A stretch of 63,437 bases of DNA, counting the filler, from Octopus bimaculoides (Eukaryota), in assembly GCF_001194135.2 (NCBI RefSeq). It is 8 parts of 8 records of this genome, joined end to end, with 100 filler letters (N's around TTAATTAATTAA, not from the genome) between each part and the next. Parts side by side here need not be neighbours in the genome. Positions count along the whole stretch, not along the records: positions 18,689 to 33,021 come from NC_068992.1; positions 33,122 to 47,634 come from NC_068983.1; 6 more parts are not named here. One strand, 5' to 3'. Each line of letters begins with the position of its first letter. Position 1 is the stretch's first letter. Both the position numbers and the translations under genes were made by a program. Positions 26,703 to 41,183 of this stretch are shown piece after piece. Under the pieces are notes generated by a model. It was not told the origin of the DNA, ran no database searches, and saw nothing but the letters and a program-made list of their open reading frames with translations.

Positions 26703-27059
26703 GCTCCTTTATTTGATTAAACTATTTACCGCACGCTCACGCGGGACTTCTACGTCCTTCCGACCGATTTGGAGTATCTGGTCCCCATTAGATAGAATAT
26801 TGACTAGTTTCCTAACCAGGACCAGGCCACTATGTCCCCTAATTTTCTCCGCCGTATATAATAACAATGATAAAAAGCTCTAATTATTATATCTGAAACT
26901 TACAGAACTGCGCTCGGTAAGATCTTATGTGATTCGACTATTTACCGCACGCTCACACGGATTCTCTATGTTCTTCGGACTGATTTGGAGTACCTGGTTC
27001 ATTGATTTTCTTACTCTGACCCTGGATTATGTTAGCTTTAAACTCCTTCGAGTACGTCT

Positions 27060-27770
27060 TTTCTGCACCTTTGATCGAGAAAATATATGTGTATGTAGAG
27101 AAGTTGTCAACAGAATGTTAAGTGTACGTAATTTGAGATCCACAATGACACCAATTGTTGGAGAATGCTACAAGTTAACCCAGAGGGAATATAATGACTA
27201 GAGTCATGATAAATTTGTGAATACTGGTAGCTTTGTAAAAATTGAGGGTTTTAAGAAGGAAGTATATGGTACAATCATTTGGTAGAAAGAGTAATTGAGT
27301 CGGAAACATGAAATATTTAGTGGATCGTTTTCATTCAAACGGATAAGATGGATTATAACAAGTCAGATATTACAGTAATAGACAAAGAAAATCGAATTTG
27401 GATATTGATTGATCCATCAGGTCCGTTTGATATTGGGATTTTGAAGAAAGTAGATGAAAAGTTGAAAAACTTCAACGCCGTAAAATTTGAGATTGCAAGG
27501 ATTTGGAACAGGAACTCTGTAAAGATGGTATTTGTGATAAATGGTACGTGAGGGACTGTGAGTGACGAAATAGATAAATGGATAAAGGAGATCGGAATGG
27601 GGTGTCATGTGAAGATACTACCGAAGTTTTCCCTCTTCGGAATAAGGATTATCATCAGAAAGGTTTTGAGCATTTCATGGCTTACTGAAATCAGTTGTGG
27701 ATATCTAAGATTACACGTAGTAACTCACTCCCCACCAAAATTCTACAACGAATAAGATGAATCCCGAGTC
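27060..27770 (+). mobile_element. Degenerate R4/Dong-clade RLE element 3' part ending in (TAA)n
   Basis: IVGECYKLTQREY...HDK, then DYNKSDITVIDKENRIWILIDPSGPFD...KFEIARIW...SLFGIRIIIRKVLSI, followed directly by a TAA array. Confidence 0.75.
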
Positions 27771-27776
27771 AAGAAC

Positions 27777-28145
<369 letters not shown>

Positions 28146-29778
28146 ACAGGCATGAAGAAATTATTTTTATAAATAATTTATTGCAAAATTATGTGTAGCT
28201 AATTCAAAAGAAATGGTTAAAATTCGATATTTTAGTTGCGATGTACAAGTATAAACGTTAGATGTTACCCGTGTGAAGTGAATCAAAGTTAGGTAGAATA
28301 GCTACTGTTACATACTATGTAGGACAATGAGGAATACAATAAGATCAAATTAGTATACATATAGAGAGAGATTTAACAGATCAAAGATGAAATTAGCTTT
28401 CGAAGGTTTTACGCATTTTGTGATTGCAAGAAGGAATTCTTTTGGAGTGTTTGTTTAGAATTTCGCCTTTGAGTCAGAGTTAGTGTAATGAGTATAGCCA
28501 AGCTTTAGGTTTAGCAAAACATTATATGATCTCTTTGTTATTCATTGAAAAAAAATTCTCCCTGGGTTAACTGGTCTGTTTCAGATTAGGGAGCGGATTT
28601 TTTTTTTTGCTAGTTTTCTAATTTTTAGATGAAACGAGATAATGAGGTTCGATTATTTCTATTGAGATTTCTAAAAATGTATTTTTTGTGACGCGAATTA
28701 AAGGTGAAACCAAAAGAGATTTGATTAGAGTGTTTTTGTAAGTATCGCTAGCTACAGTGTTGGAATCAAGAGAACATTATTAGAGTTGATAAAATGATAG
28801 TTATTAATGGAATGGTAACTACTATAGGAGTTCGACGTAGCAAGGATGAATGGTTTCATTGTTTGTGAAAAGTTTGGAGTGTTAAAGCAAGAGGAATTTA
28901 TAGGGTTTGTGCAAATAAAAATTATATAACCTTTGTACTGTCGAGGAAAATCTTGATTAATTTAAAGAGTTAGCTATTAAGGTTATAGTGGTGAGGTTGA
29001 ATGGGTATTCTACAAAGTAATTCCTTTTTCTATTTTTATTTCTATTTCTGCTGGAAAGTACGCAAATGGTAATCAACGGAAGAAATGTGTTTTTTTATAC
29101 CCGCTTCTGGAGAGAGCTTTCACATAAAAGCTCTGACCGTAGTTTAGAAGTTACAGTTATTTACAGACAAGGAGTCATCATCTCTATAAAACCCACCTGT
29201 GCATTTTAAGGTTAGTTAATAAGGGTTATAACTTTGCTAGCTGGTTCCCATTAAATGGAATGTTAACTAGTCACATAACCGGGTTCAGGCCGCTGCATCC
29301 CCCAGTTTTCTCTCTGCCGGATATAATTACAATAATAAAAGTTATAATCACTATTCCTGAAACTTCCAGAATTGCGTTCGGTAGGATCTTATTTTCCTTT
29401 TGGGATTTATCATGCATGAAAATCCGTCTATCTGATATGCTTGTAGTCCCTAGTAATATCATCCTCTGTACGTTGTGTATTTGTTATGAGATTTGAATTA
29501 TGTATTTGTATAAATGTTTTTTTTTTTTTATAATTCCTAGTCATATTCTATTGAGAGATTGCTCGTGTTACTTCATTCTGATTATCTTTATTTCTTTCTT
29601 TTTTTTTTGTATAAATTTTCCATTTGTTTTAGAGAAATGTTTTCACCAATAAAGACTGATAGCATGATTAGATGTTTCATTTGATAATGGTGATTGATAA
29701 CAATATCAAGTCAATTTTCTTAATCTCTATGTCCTCGTGCGTACTACTTTAATATATATAGAAAGTACCTACTACACA

Positions 29779-29937
<159 letters not shown>

Positions 29938-31164
29938 TGTTCATCTGTCTTTTTAACTTTCATTTGTGTCTTTTCGTTATTGATTTCATGTAAGACTCAG
30001 AGATATTTTCTTTTAGGTTTTCTTTGTTTTATTTGTCTCAGTGTCTTTTGTTTTCTTTGCTCGGGCTTTGATATTCCTATATAAGTAGGTCCGATGGAAT
30101 AGTCACTTTCTTTTAGTAACTACATACTTTATTTGGTGTATCTTCATGATATTGATGTTCCAGTCTCTTTCAGTAAATCACCAGTGGCAAGGTTTATGCT
30201 ATATTTTATTGCTGCTATGTAATCGACAAGCTTATTTTCTATTGGGGGAATTTCCGTTTTCTTCTCAGAAATATCCTCGATCAACTTTAATTTTAACTAT
30301 TTCTACTATTTTCACATTCAGAATTCCCATCCTTAGAATTATATATCCTTAAATCTTTCTGATGTTCTATTTAATTTGATTATCGTTTGTGGTGTTCAGG
30401 TTTGGCTTTCGTTGGTCATTACTTTGTAGGTGTGTTTTGATTTAATTATAGCGTCTTTTGTTATATGTACTGTATTTCAAATGTTTGTAGTTTATATTCT
30501 CCATGTTTGAGATTAATGTACTTATTTCTGTTGTTTGCATTCTATGTTGTTTGATTTCATTTTCTTTCTTAACTGTTCTATTTCTGTATCTGATATCTCT
30601 TTTTCAGTTCTGGAAACGAACCAGATGCACTTTTAGATAAGAACGATTTTTTTTCTCCGTATATTATATGTAGTGGTTCTGATTTCCATTTTACGAAAGT
30701 ATAGTATGTGACTATAATATACGCATGTTGCATACAAACGTATCCCCTTGTTTTGGTTAATGCTATTTTCCATTTATTTTCACATCTTGCGTAGTAACGC
30801 CGTTCTTGTATTTACATTGTCATCATTTTGGTTGGATACCAGCTTTTGTATGTTTAGTTATGTGGAGTTTTGTACGCTCCATTTTTCATACAATGTATGC
30901 ATGCATGAAATATAAAGTATTACATTAAATATGGTTTATTACATTAGCTATGACGCCGTTCACTTTAATATGAAGTTTTGATGCATTAAGTGTACCTAGA
31001 TATTCTTCACAGTTACTCATTGATTTGTATCGTTTATCATTTATATAATACAAGGGACTAAACAGGTCTAGTGATGACTTCACTTGTGCTTCACATGTGG
31101 CTACCGATCGATCATTAATCCACTGCTTCTCAACATCATTATTTTTATGACAGGAAAAATACAA

Positions 31165-32200
31165 AGCGGAGAGCTGGCAGAATCATTAGCACGCTGGGAA
31201 AAATACTTAGTGACATGGATGATTCTAAGTTCAAATTCCACCTATGTCGACTTTGCTGTTCGTTATTTTGGGCCGATGAAATAAGTACCAGTTGAGCACT
31301 GGGATTAATGCAATTACTTTCAGACACGTTTATTTGCACACAAAATTTCAGACATGTGTGCCTATAGTGGAAAGTCTTAATATTATGACAGGAACAAAAG
31401 AAGGCGGTGACCAGGCAGAGTTGTTAGCACGCCGAGCGAAATGCTTAGCGACATTTCGTCTGTACTTAAGTTCTGAGTTTAAATTCGACTTTGCATTTCA
31501 TCATTTCGTGGACCATAAAATAAGTACCGGAAAGCGGCGAGCTGGCAGAGACGTTAGCACACCGGGCGATATGCTTAACGGTATTTCGTCTGCCGTTACG
31601 TTCTGAGTTCAAATTCCGCCGAGGTCGACTTTGCCTTTCATCCTTTCGGGGTCGATAAATTAAGTACCAGTTACGCACTGGGGTCGATGTAATCGACTTA
31701 ATCCGTTTGTCTGTCCTTGTTTGTCCCCTCTATGTTTAGCCTCTTGTGGGCAATACAGAAATAGGTATTTCGTCTGTCTTTACATTCTGGGTTCAAATTC
31801 CACTGAGGTCGACTTTGCCTTTCATCCTTTTGGGGTCGATAATTTAAGTACCAGTGAGACACTGGAGTCAATCTACTCGACTGACCCCTCTCTCCAGAAA
31901 ATTTCGGACCTTGTACCTAGAGTAGAAAGGATAAAATAAGTACCGGTCAAACGTTGAGGTGAATACAATTGACCATACCCTTATCCTGAAATTCTTGGCA
32001 CTTGTGCCTATAGTGGGAGGAAAGGAGCAAAACTAGGCAGCATACTGGCAGAATTCTTTCGGCTCTTGACATTGTGAGTTCAAATCCCACCAAGGTTCAC
32101 TTTGTCTTTTATCCTTGTGAGGCAAATAAAATAAGTACACTGGATTCATTGTAATCGATGTGGCACCTCCTTTCAAAATTAGTGGCCTTGTACCAATATT
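31165..32200 (+). mobile_element. Tandem cluster of about six same-orientation SINE family A copies/fragments
   Basis: Head or core matches near 31165, 31402, 31534 (near-consensus), 31765, 31935 and 32035. Confidence 0.85.
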
Positions 32201-32988
32201 TAGAAAGAACTATTATGGAATAAAACAGGTATGCTTCTGCATTTAAACAGCGATCTAGTTTCAATCCCAGAAAGTAACCAAACCATATTCTTTTGTTTAA
32301 TTAATAAACTTCAGAAACTGTAAAGATAGCACACATGCGCATACGCTGCCTTCCTTTATTAATGTACGTCAGACACAACGACAATAACACACACGAATTT
32401 CCTCATCTCAACATTCTCCCTGCTTTTGCTTACATACCTTACATTCGCACTCATCTTCACCATCTTCGTTATATTAGCCTCAACGCAACAGTTCCGCCTA
32501 TAAGAATAAAAGCGATTAGGGAAGATGTTACACAAGACGAGGTTACTGAAGCGGAAAGATTTCGTTTTAAGAGCAGGCATTTAACGTGATACGAACTTAA
32601 GAAGCATGAACAGAAAAGCCATACAACATAGTTGCTCAGCTCTGTCGACACTTTTGCCCTTTTCAGTCGATGATTTGTAACGATATGGAAATATGAAATA
32701 CTGATCAATAGCAACGATTCCGAGCCCAACCAGCCTCGCCCTACTTCTCTTGGCAGCTTAAAAGACTTACAATCTCTCTATCTTAACATGGCCTACTGCA
32801 TAACACTGTAATATTTCCAGGAAATAAATCATCTGCCATCGATATATGTCTACACACACGCGTATGCAAAGTTATGAGATATTACAGGCATGCGCGTATG
32901 CGTATGTTTGTATGTATTAATACAGGAAACAAATGATATGTACATAGATATATACATACTTATATGTATGCATATATATATATGTATG

Positions 32989-33021
<33 letters not shown>

Positions 33022-33175
33022 NNNNNNNNNNNNNNNNNNNNNNNNNNNNNNNNNNNNNNNNNNNNTTAATTAATTAANNNNNNNNNNNNNNNNNNNNNNN
33101 NNNNNNNNNNNNNNNNNNNNNTGTGTATGTACGTGTGTATGTATGTATGTATGTATGTATGTATGTATGTATGTA

Positions 33176-33765
33176 TGTCATTATTCAGTTTTATTTCAAG
33201 ATTTGCTGCCAATAGAGAAAGAGCCGGTTTCTAACCTAGATCTAAGGTGTGTGTATATATATTGTTTCGAATTTGTACGTATGTATGTATGTATGTATGT
33301 ATGTGTGTGTTTGTATGTATGTATGTATGTATGTATGTATGTGTGTGTTTGTATGTATACACACACGCGCCTGCGCGCACACACACACACAACACAACAC
33401 ACACACACATAAATACATACATACAGAAATACCCTGCTGTTGATGTAGAAATTCCAATAAAGGAGCCTTGGATCTAGGTTAGAAACCGGCTCTTTCTCTA
33501 TTGGCAATAAATCTTGAAATCAACTGAATAATGACATACATACATACATACATACATACATACATACGTACATACATACATATATACATACATACATATC
33601 TACATAAATACATACATATATACATACACACATACACTCATAGATACAAAAATACCCTGTTGTTGATGTTGAAATTCCAATGAAGGAGCCTTGGATGTAG
33701 GTTAGAAACCGACTCTTTCTTTATTGGCAAGAAATCTTGAAATAAAAGTGAATAATGATATACAT
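33176..33765. repeat. Three copies of a 70-120-bp dispersed element tailed by (TATG)n: one + and two -
   Basis: 33176-33247 is the inverse of 33467-33535; 33427-33540 and 33648-33765 are direct copies; a fourth copy lies at 39721-39806. Confidence 0.85.
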
Positions 33766-34689
33766 ACACACATATTAAGTTTCTGGGGTTCATATACTTC
33801 TCTTATAGTGACATATAAGGTCTTCGTCTTGTAAAAATCAGCAAGGGCCTCACTTTCGTGGGCCCAGTAATCTCAATATAACTATCAATATTTAAAATAT
33901 CACAATTCCTTTTGTAGCAAAGGTATTCATGTCTTTGTGCCATAAGTTGCCGTGTCCCTCTTCTGTTGAGAGCGGCTTGGTGGTATTTATAATTTTTAGA
34001 TAACAGCTGTTCTTTCTTTATATCATTTTCACCAAACCAACTCAGCGTGCTTGCATTTGAGAAAGCCTAATAAAAGTCCCTGCTGTTTTGTTGATTGTCT
34101 CACGCAACTGTGCGCAGTAAACATTGGTTTGTGCAGTATCAGCTGTTGCACGGTCAGTTAGTGCAGTGTCAATTAGTGCATGGTCAGGTATTTAAAAAAA
34201 TATTTTATTTAATGTTTGTCTTCGCTGAAAATGCACGTTATATTTCAGGATCTTTTACTTTGCCGACAACCAACCTTTTGATGTATAACGGAAGGGGCAT
34301 TATGCCAATAAAGAACACACGCATTGATTGTATTTCACTTCTTTATTTTTATTAGTCAATTAGCTAATTATGTAATGAATTAACTAATCGATTGCTTGAT
34401 TAATAACTCGGTCAGTCAATCGATCAGCTAAGTTTGTCATAATTAGCTGATTGATAAAGTGACTGCACGATTAATCAAATAAGTGATTAGTTATTAGCAC
34501 GATTAATCAAATAAGTGATAAGTGATTAAATAGTCAATAAATTGACTAATTAAAGCAAAGAAGTAAAATAGAACCAGTGCTTGTGTTTATTGTTGACATA
34601 ATTACCTTCCCGAAGTACAACAAAATCTGTTTCAATATACGAATTCACGTCAAAAATCTTGCAAACAAGATGCAAACATGAGTTCCAAT

Positions 34690-35050
34690 CTATCATCCTT
34701 GAGACAGAATCAGGGAAACTTCCTGCCGTTGACAATATTCTATGGAAATCGTTAAGTATGATGAGAGGGAGTTGTGCTTGAGACTTTTCTAATTCTTCAG
34801 AGAATGTTGACAATTTCCTGCAACAGTTGGATGATGTTCAGATAGTTACCATTTACAAGAAGACTGGAAATTGCTGAAGAATTTTCTTTTTTTTTCAATT
34901 GCAAAGAAAGGTATTCTATGACCATCACCCAAGGGCGTGTCTAGAAGCACCAACGAAATAGGTGAGATGTTCGAGTTCTGGAACTCGAGTCTCCTACTGT
35001 CGTGATGGTGAATCAGCCTCAAAATTTATTGAAGAATCACAAATAGTTGG
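34690..35050 (+). mobile_element. Highly degenerate RTE-type LINE reverse-transcriptase fragment
   Basis: ESGKLPAVDNI (cf. KSGKAPGxDxI), EIVKYDERELCLRL and QQLDDVQIVTIYKKTG (cf. IVTIYKxKG), with stops and frameshifts. Confidence 0.6.
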
Positions 35051-35498
35051 TCTGATGGCAACAGCGTGGATGCTGAGATGGTTTGCCGCATACAGTCTGG
35101 TGAAGGTGCGTAGCTTAGTAGTTAGAATGTTGGACTCATGATCGTGAGATTGTGGTTTCAATTCCTCGACCGGGACTTCCTTTCACGTTGCTCAGTCTAC
35201 TCAGCTGGCAAAAATGAGTAATCCTACGACACACTGGCCTCTTGTCTAAGGAGAAGTATATGCGCCTCGAAAACAGAAATCAACCCTACGAGTTTATATG
35301 ACTTGAGAAGAGTCTTTATCTTTTTTCCTATACAGACTGTAGTGGCCGTTTTCGGGAACCTCAGCGATCGGCTGTAGAAATAATGAGACATAAAACTAGC
35401 AACGAAATGCAACAGGTTACATAATGTGTTTCCCAAGAAATTCCTCTTCGCGAAATTGATTATAGTGAGTGTTGTAAAGTGAGTTCCTCCCACTGGTA

Positions 35499-35932
35499 TG
35501 ATGTGTGACTGCCATTGTACTGTAGTTGCTGTTTTACACTAGTAGCCACAATAGTTACTAGTTATCGAATACCTTTGTATCTCTTCGTACCGGACTAGTA
35601 ATACTCTAACTTCTTCTGTCTTACTCTCCACAAGACACCGACTAGAACTGTCGACTCTCAACTCTTCGACACTCAGTCCCCTCTTGACGACCGGCTACTG
35701 GTCTATTTATAATGGCTGGTTCCTACCACTTTTTTTTACCGGGTGGGGTATACAGTTTCACTATACAATAGTGAGTGAAGAATGCACAGAACTATAACCA
35801 GTTTTCAGATAGCACAGCTCTCTTCCCCGGGTGCCACGCACTAGTCGAGACGAACAGGAAATAAACAATCGTCAGGTTTTACATCAGTGTCCCTCTCTTA
35901 GATAGATGTTCTGACAATACTAGAGTGCATCA
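35499..35932 (-). mobile_element. Probable 3' LTR of an LTR retrotransposon with adjacent polypurine tract
   Basis: Termini TGATG...CATCA (5-bp inverted); minus-strand GGGGAG at 35933-35938 directly upstream; TATAAATA on the minus strand at 35704-35711. Putative internal sequence continues to ~36190. Confidence 0.5.
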
Positions 35933-36223
35933 CTCCCCGGCGGTCTTGCAGTATGCTCATTCATCATCAAATTTCTCCCATGTCCCCCGCGTAATTGTTA
36001 GAGAGTTAGCTTCATCCGTCCTTTGCGCAGATGTTTCTTTTGTTCTTTTGTCCTGGGTTTTTAGGAATCCTCTTTGGCAGCAGCGAATAGGGTGCAGGAT
36101 GGGGGACGGTTTGGTCGCTGACGGTACGACCATGCAACAGGCTGTGTTGGATGACATGATACTATTAGCATTCGTGACCGACCTGACACACTCCCTTCAC
36201 ACAAACACACACACACACACACA

Positions 36224-36321
<98 letters not shown>

Positions 36322-36476
36322 CAAACACACATGCATGTATTAGACATGTGTTTGTATGTGTGCATCTATGTACGTGTGCGTATACATGTATATATGTATG
36401 TATGTGTGTGTCTGCATGTATGTATGTGTCTGCATGTATGTATGTCTGTATATATATATATGTGTGTGTTTGTATG

Positions 36477-36519
<43 letters not shown>

Positions 36520-36604
36520 ATCTTATCCTTTATCTATCTATCTATCTATTTATCTATCTGTCTAACTCTCTCTTTCTCACTACACAAATGCGCATATGCA
36601 CACA

Positions 36605-36645
<41 letters not shown>

Positions 36646-36737
36646 NNNNNNNNNNNNNNNNNNNNNNNNNNNNNNNNNNNNNNNNNNNNNNNNNNNNNNN
36701 NNNNNATGCATATATTTATGTGTGTGAGCGCATGAAT

Positions 36738-36798
<61 letters not shown>

Positions 36799-37085
36799 CA
36801 TTCTTTAGTCTGCACAAACGCCCTGAAGGAAGTTCTTTCCAAGGTCTCCAGTGGGTGGTTTACTGTATTCAACATTAACCTGAATGACACCTTTCAGTAT
36901 TGAATGAGATGAAAGAGATTAAATAGAAATTAGGTCAGATTTGAAAACCTTACGGGACCTTATCGTTAATTTGCTGATACCAAACAAATACTGGATTTGT
37001 TGTAGGTGTCGGTCTTTTCCTTCCTCTCTTTCACGAAATGACGCGTTTATATATTTCTCTCTCTATCTATCTATCTATCTATCTA

Positions 37086-37116
<31 letters not shown>

Positions 37117-38115
37117 GTATCTTCTGCTTCTCTCTCTCCCTCTCTGTACACACACACACTCACACACACACAAATACACACACACACACGCACAAACAGA
37201 CGTACATGTTAATGTTTGTTCTATGACCAATGTTTCTTTATATATATATATATATATACTTTACTCTTTTACTCTTTTNNNNNNNNNNNNNNNNNNNNNN
37301 NNNNNNNNNNNNNNNNNNNNNNNNNNNNNNNNNNNNNNNNNNNNNNNNNNNNNNNNNNNNNNNNNNNNNNNNNNNNNNNNNNNNNNNNNNNNNNNNNNNN
37401 NNNNNNNNNNNNNNNNNNNNNNNNNNNNNNNNNNNNNNNNNNNNNNNNNNNNNNNNNNNNNNNNNNNNNNNNNNNNNNNNNNNNNNNNNNNNNNNNNNNN
37501 NNNNNNNNNNNNNNNNNNNNNNNNNNNNNNNNNNNNNNNNNNNNNNNNNNNNNNNNNNNNNNNNNNNNNNNNNNNNNNNNNNNNNNNNNNNNNNNNNNNN
37601 NNNNNNNNNNNNNNNNNNNNNNNNNNNNNNNNNNNNNNNNNNNNNNNNNNNNNNNNNNNNNNNNNNNNNNNNNNNNNNNNNNNNNNNNNNNNNNNNNNNN
37701 NNNNNNNNNNNNNNNNNNNNNNNNNNNNNNNNNNNNNNNNNNNNNNNNNNNNNNNNNNNNNNNNNNNNNNNNNNNNNNNNNNNNNNNNNNNNNNNNNNNN
37801 NNNNNNNNNNNNNNNNNNNNNNNNNNNNNNNNNNNNNNNNNNNNNNNNNNNNNNNNNNNNNNNNNNNNNNNNNNNNNNNNNNNNNNNNNNNNNNNNNNNN
37901 NNNNNNNNNNNNNNNNNNNNNNNNNNNNNNNNNNNNNNNNNNNNNNNNNNNNNNNNNNNNNNNNNNNNNNNNNNNNNNNNNNNNNNNNNNNNNNNNNNNN
38001 NNNNNNNNNNNAAAAGATGTTTTATATGACACATTCTACCAGTGTCCCAAGTTTCAAAGTGTTTCGTTAGTGTTTCGTTAAGAAAATACTGGCGCCCCCG
38101 TTTTAAAATAGATCC

Positions 38116-38217
38116 CGAGGCTATAGTAGAAGACACTTGCCCAAGATGCCACGTAGTGGGACTGAACCCGGAACCATGTGGTTCGTAAGCAAGCTACTTA
38201 CCATACAGCCACTCCTA
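38116..38217 (-). mobile_element. SINE family B head fragment
   Basis: Reverse complement of the tRNA-like head of 46226-46330. Confidence 0.85.
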
Positions 38218-41139
38218 CGCTTATATACAAATATATAAAAACTATACTCATTATTATAATAGGAGATATTTGCTAACACACTCCTCACATTAACATACCA
38301 ACACGCTCACACACACACCCACACGCCTGCCCCACACACACTGTGGACTCTTTCATTCATTACATATTTACAATCAAACAAGTCTACAATCAACTTTTTT
38401 ATAGCCTTGCTCTTCCGAAAGTTCTCACAGACGACCAGACCATCCACATTTCATAGAATTATACATACCTACGACTATATATATATAATCAGTCTTCATT
38501 CACACTGACAAACCACTCCTGATTATATTCATTCAATTTATGAACTATATGCACTCACTCTTTATTTAAACACCCTCATCACTCGTGACTTTATATGCAT
38601 TAGCTTTTTTTATTTCATTCATTTAATATATATACATATATGTATATGTATATGTATATATATATATATATTCATATATATATATGTGTGTGTGTGTGTA
38701 TGTGTATATANNNNNNNNNNNNNNNNNNNNNNNNNNNNNNNNNNNNNNNNNNNNNNNNNNNNNNNNNNNNNNNNNNNNNNNNNNNNNNNNNNNNNNNNNN
38801 NNNNNNNNNNNNNNNNNNNNNNNNNNNNNNNNNNNNNNNNNNNNNNNNNNNNNNNNNNNNNNNNNNNNNNNNNNNNNNNNNNNNNNNNNNNNNNNNNNNN
38901 NNNNNNNNNNNNNNNNNNNNNNNNNNNNNNNNNNNNNNNNNNNNNNNNNNNNNNNNNNNNNNNNNNNNNNNNNNNNNNNNNNNNNNNNNNNNNNNNNNNN
39001 NNNNNNNNNNNNNNNNNNNNNNNNNNNNNNNNNNNNNNNNNNNNNNNNNNNNNNNNNNNNNNNNNNNNNNNNNNNNNNNNNNNNNNNNNNNNNNNNNNNN
39101 NNNNNNNNNNNNNNNNNNNNNNNNNNNNNNNNNNNNNNNNNNNNNNNNNNNNNNNNNNNNNNNNNNNNNNNNNNNNNNNNNNNNNNNNNNNNNNNNNNNN
39201 NNNNNNNNNNNNNNNNNNNNNNNNNNNNNNNNNNNNNNNNNNNNNNNNNNNNNNNNNNNNNNNNNNNNNNNNNNNNNNNNNNNNNNNNNNNNNNNNNNNN
39301 NNNNNNNNNNNNNNNNNNNNNNNNNNNNNNNNNNNNNNNNNNNNNNNNNNNNNNNNNNNNNNNNNNNNNNNNNNNNNNNNNNNNNNNNNNNNNNNNNNNN
39401 NNNNNNNNNNNNNNNNNNNNTATATATATTGGTTGTCTACTCCTTATGCATACTTTGACCACCTCCTGTACCTACACCACAGAACCATCGTGGCATCTAA
39501 TGCTGCTTTTTTAAACCAGACAATGTTTTGAAAAGGCACCCACATAGATTACATATCCGATTTGGACAACCTAGAGTTGCAGTTAAGTTCTGATCTTTGT
39601 GGATCATAAAATGTCTTTTGGGGGCCTTCGTTAGATTTGCAGACCTTCCGGAATATGTTGTATTGAAAGGTGTGCACAGACATATAGGCAGAATAGTTGG
39701 TGGAGGTTTGTTTTCCAAAATTTTTTGCCAATAAAGAAAGAGTCAGTTTCTAGCACAGATCCAAGGCTCCTTTATTGGAATTTCAACATCAACACCAGGG
39801 TATTTTTGTATGTATGTATGTATATATGTATGTATGTATGTATGTATATATGTATGTATATGTGCAGATTTGTACGTTTTGCCTTATGTATGTATTCTCA
39901 TGCATATAGTTGCATATCTAGACATGCTTATATATACGTACTTAAATGATAAAATTCTGGAAAGTTTTACAGATTTTACAGTTCCAGTGATGAATTGGAT
40001 CTGTATGTATGTATATATACACTCACTCACACGTACACACATACATAAGCCATAAACGTTAGGAGGTATGAAAGATGAATATTTGACTACTTGATATCGT
40101 TAGGGTTACGGTCGTTTCTTAGCCTTCTTCATGTACGGAAGAAAATAATGCTTATATGCTTACATTAATATGCATTAATGTGCATGCTATGTATTATATA
40201 ATGCGCTTGTTTATTTAGAAATCAATGCAGATCAATGCAAATAAAGACAGAAAGCTTATCAAATCATCAGAACATAATGATTACACCAACGATCCAACTC
40301 AAAGCAAACATCCCAAATTTTCTCTTAATATATACAATGTATGGTAGCCCGAAATTAGCTTGATTTAGTCAGAAAAATTAAGATATTTTGTTTCGTATCA
40401 ATTAAAGGGTTAGATAGAAGTTCAGGGAGTTGATCATCCTGAATGCTGACAAGAAACAGAAAGGGATAAATACAGGAAGTAAAGTAAATATGAAAAATAG
40501 ATAGCTTAAAGAAGTGTATAAAATTATTTATAAAGAGAAATATATATTTACATACACACACAAAAGCACCCACAGACAGACACACATATATAATATAGTA
40601 CAAATGAATTAAATGGGCAGCAGACTTATTATATATGTATGTGTATATGTGTGTATATGTGTGTGTAAGTGTGTGCATGTGTGTGTGTGCGTGGATGCGT
40701 GTATGTGTATATAACCTTTAATATACGCAGTAGTATATTATAGTTGTATAACGAAATACGGTGTCATTAACAGTAATTAATACATAATACAATAATTAAT
40801 ACATAAGTGTCAGTTGCCAGGATGCATTTAATATGTAAATTGGTCAATCAAGTTGTGCTATACGGCTAAATTAAGCAATTTGTTCGTGGATGGTTAATGG
40901 GTTAGATGTGGTACTGATAAGACAGCAATAACTCGTGAAATATGCATATACTCATTACCAATTTCCTATCTTTAGTGGTGGCTCTAAATTCTGTAGAAAA
41001 TCTGTTGAGATGCACTTAAAAAATGAAAATATGAACTGCTATGCTAACACAAGGTAGGACACAGTATTGACTTGTAAACCTTTGATATACTTCGTAGTAT
41101 ATCGTAGTTGCAAAACAAAATATGGTGCCCCTACCAGCA

Positions 41140-41183
<44 letters not shown>

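Noticed and set aside
32335-32760. Unique-looking sequence with an 84-aa ORF
   Set aside because: No recognisable domain, splice context or codon signal; the ORF length is within chance expectation.
34606-34817. Minus-strand 212-nt open stretch with AG/GT boundaries (KLSTFSEELEKSQ...VVLRE) as a coding exon
   Set aside because: The opposite strand carries recognisable degenerate RTE reverse-transcriptase motifs, so the open frame is best explained as antisense coincidence.
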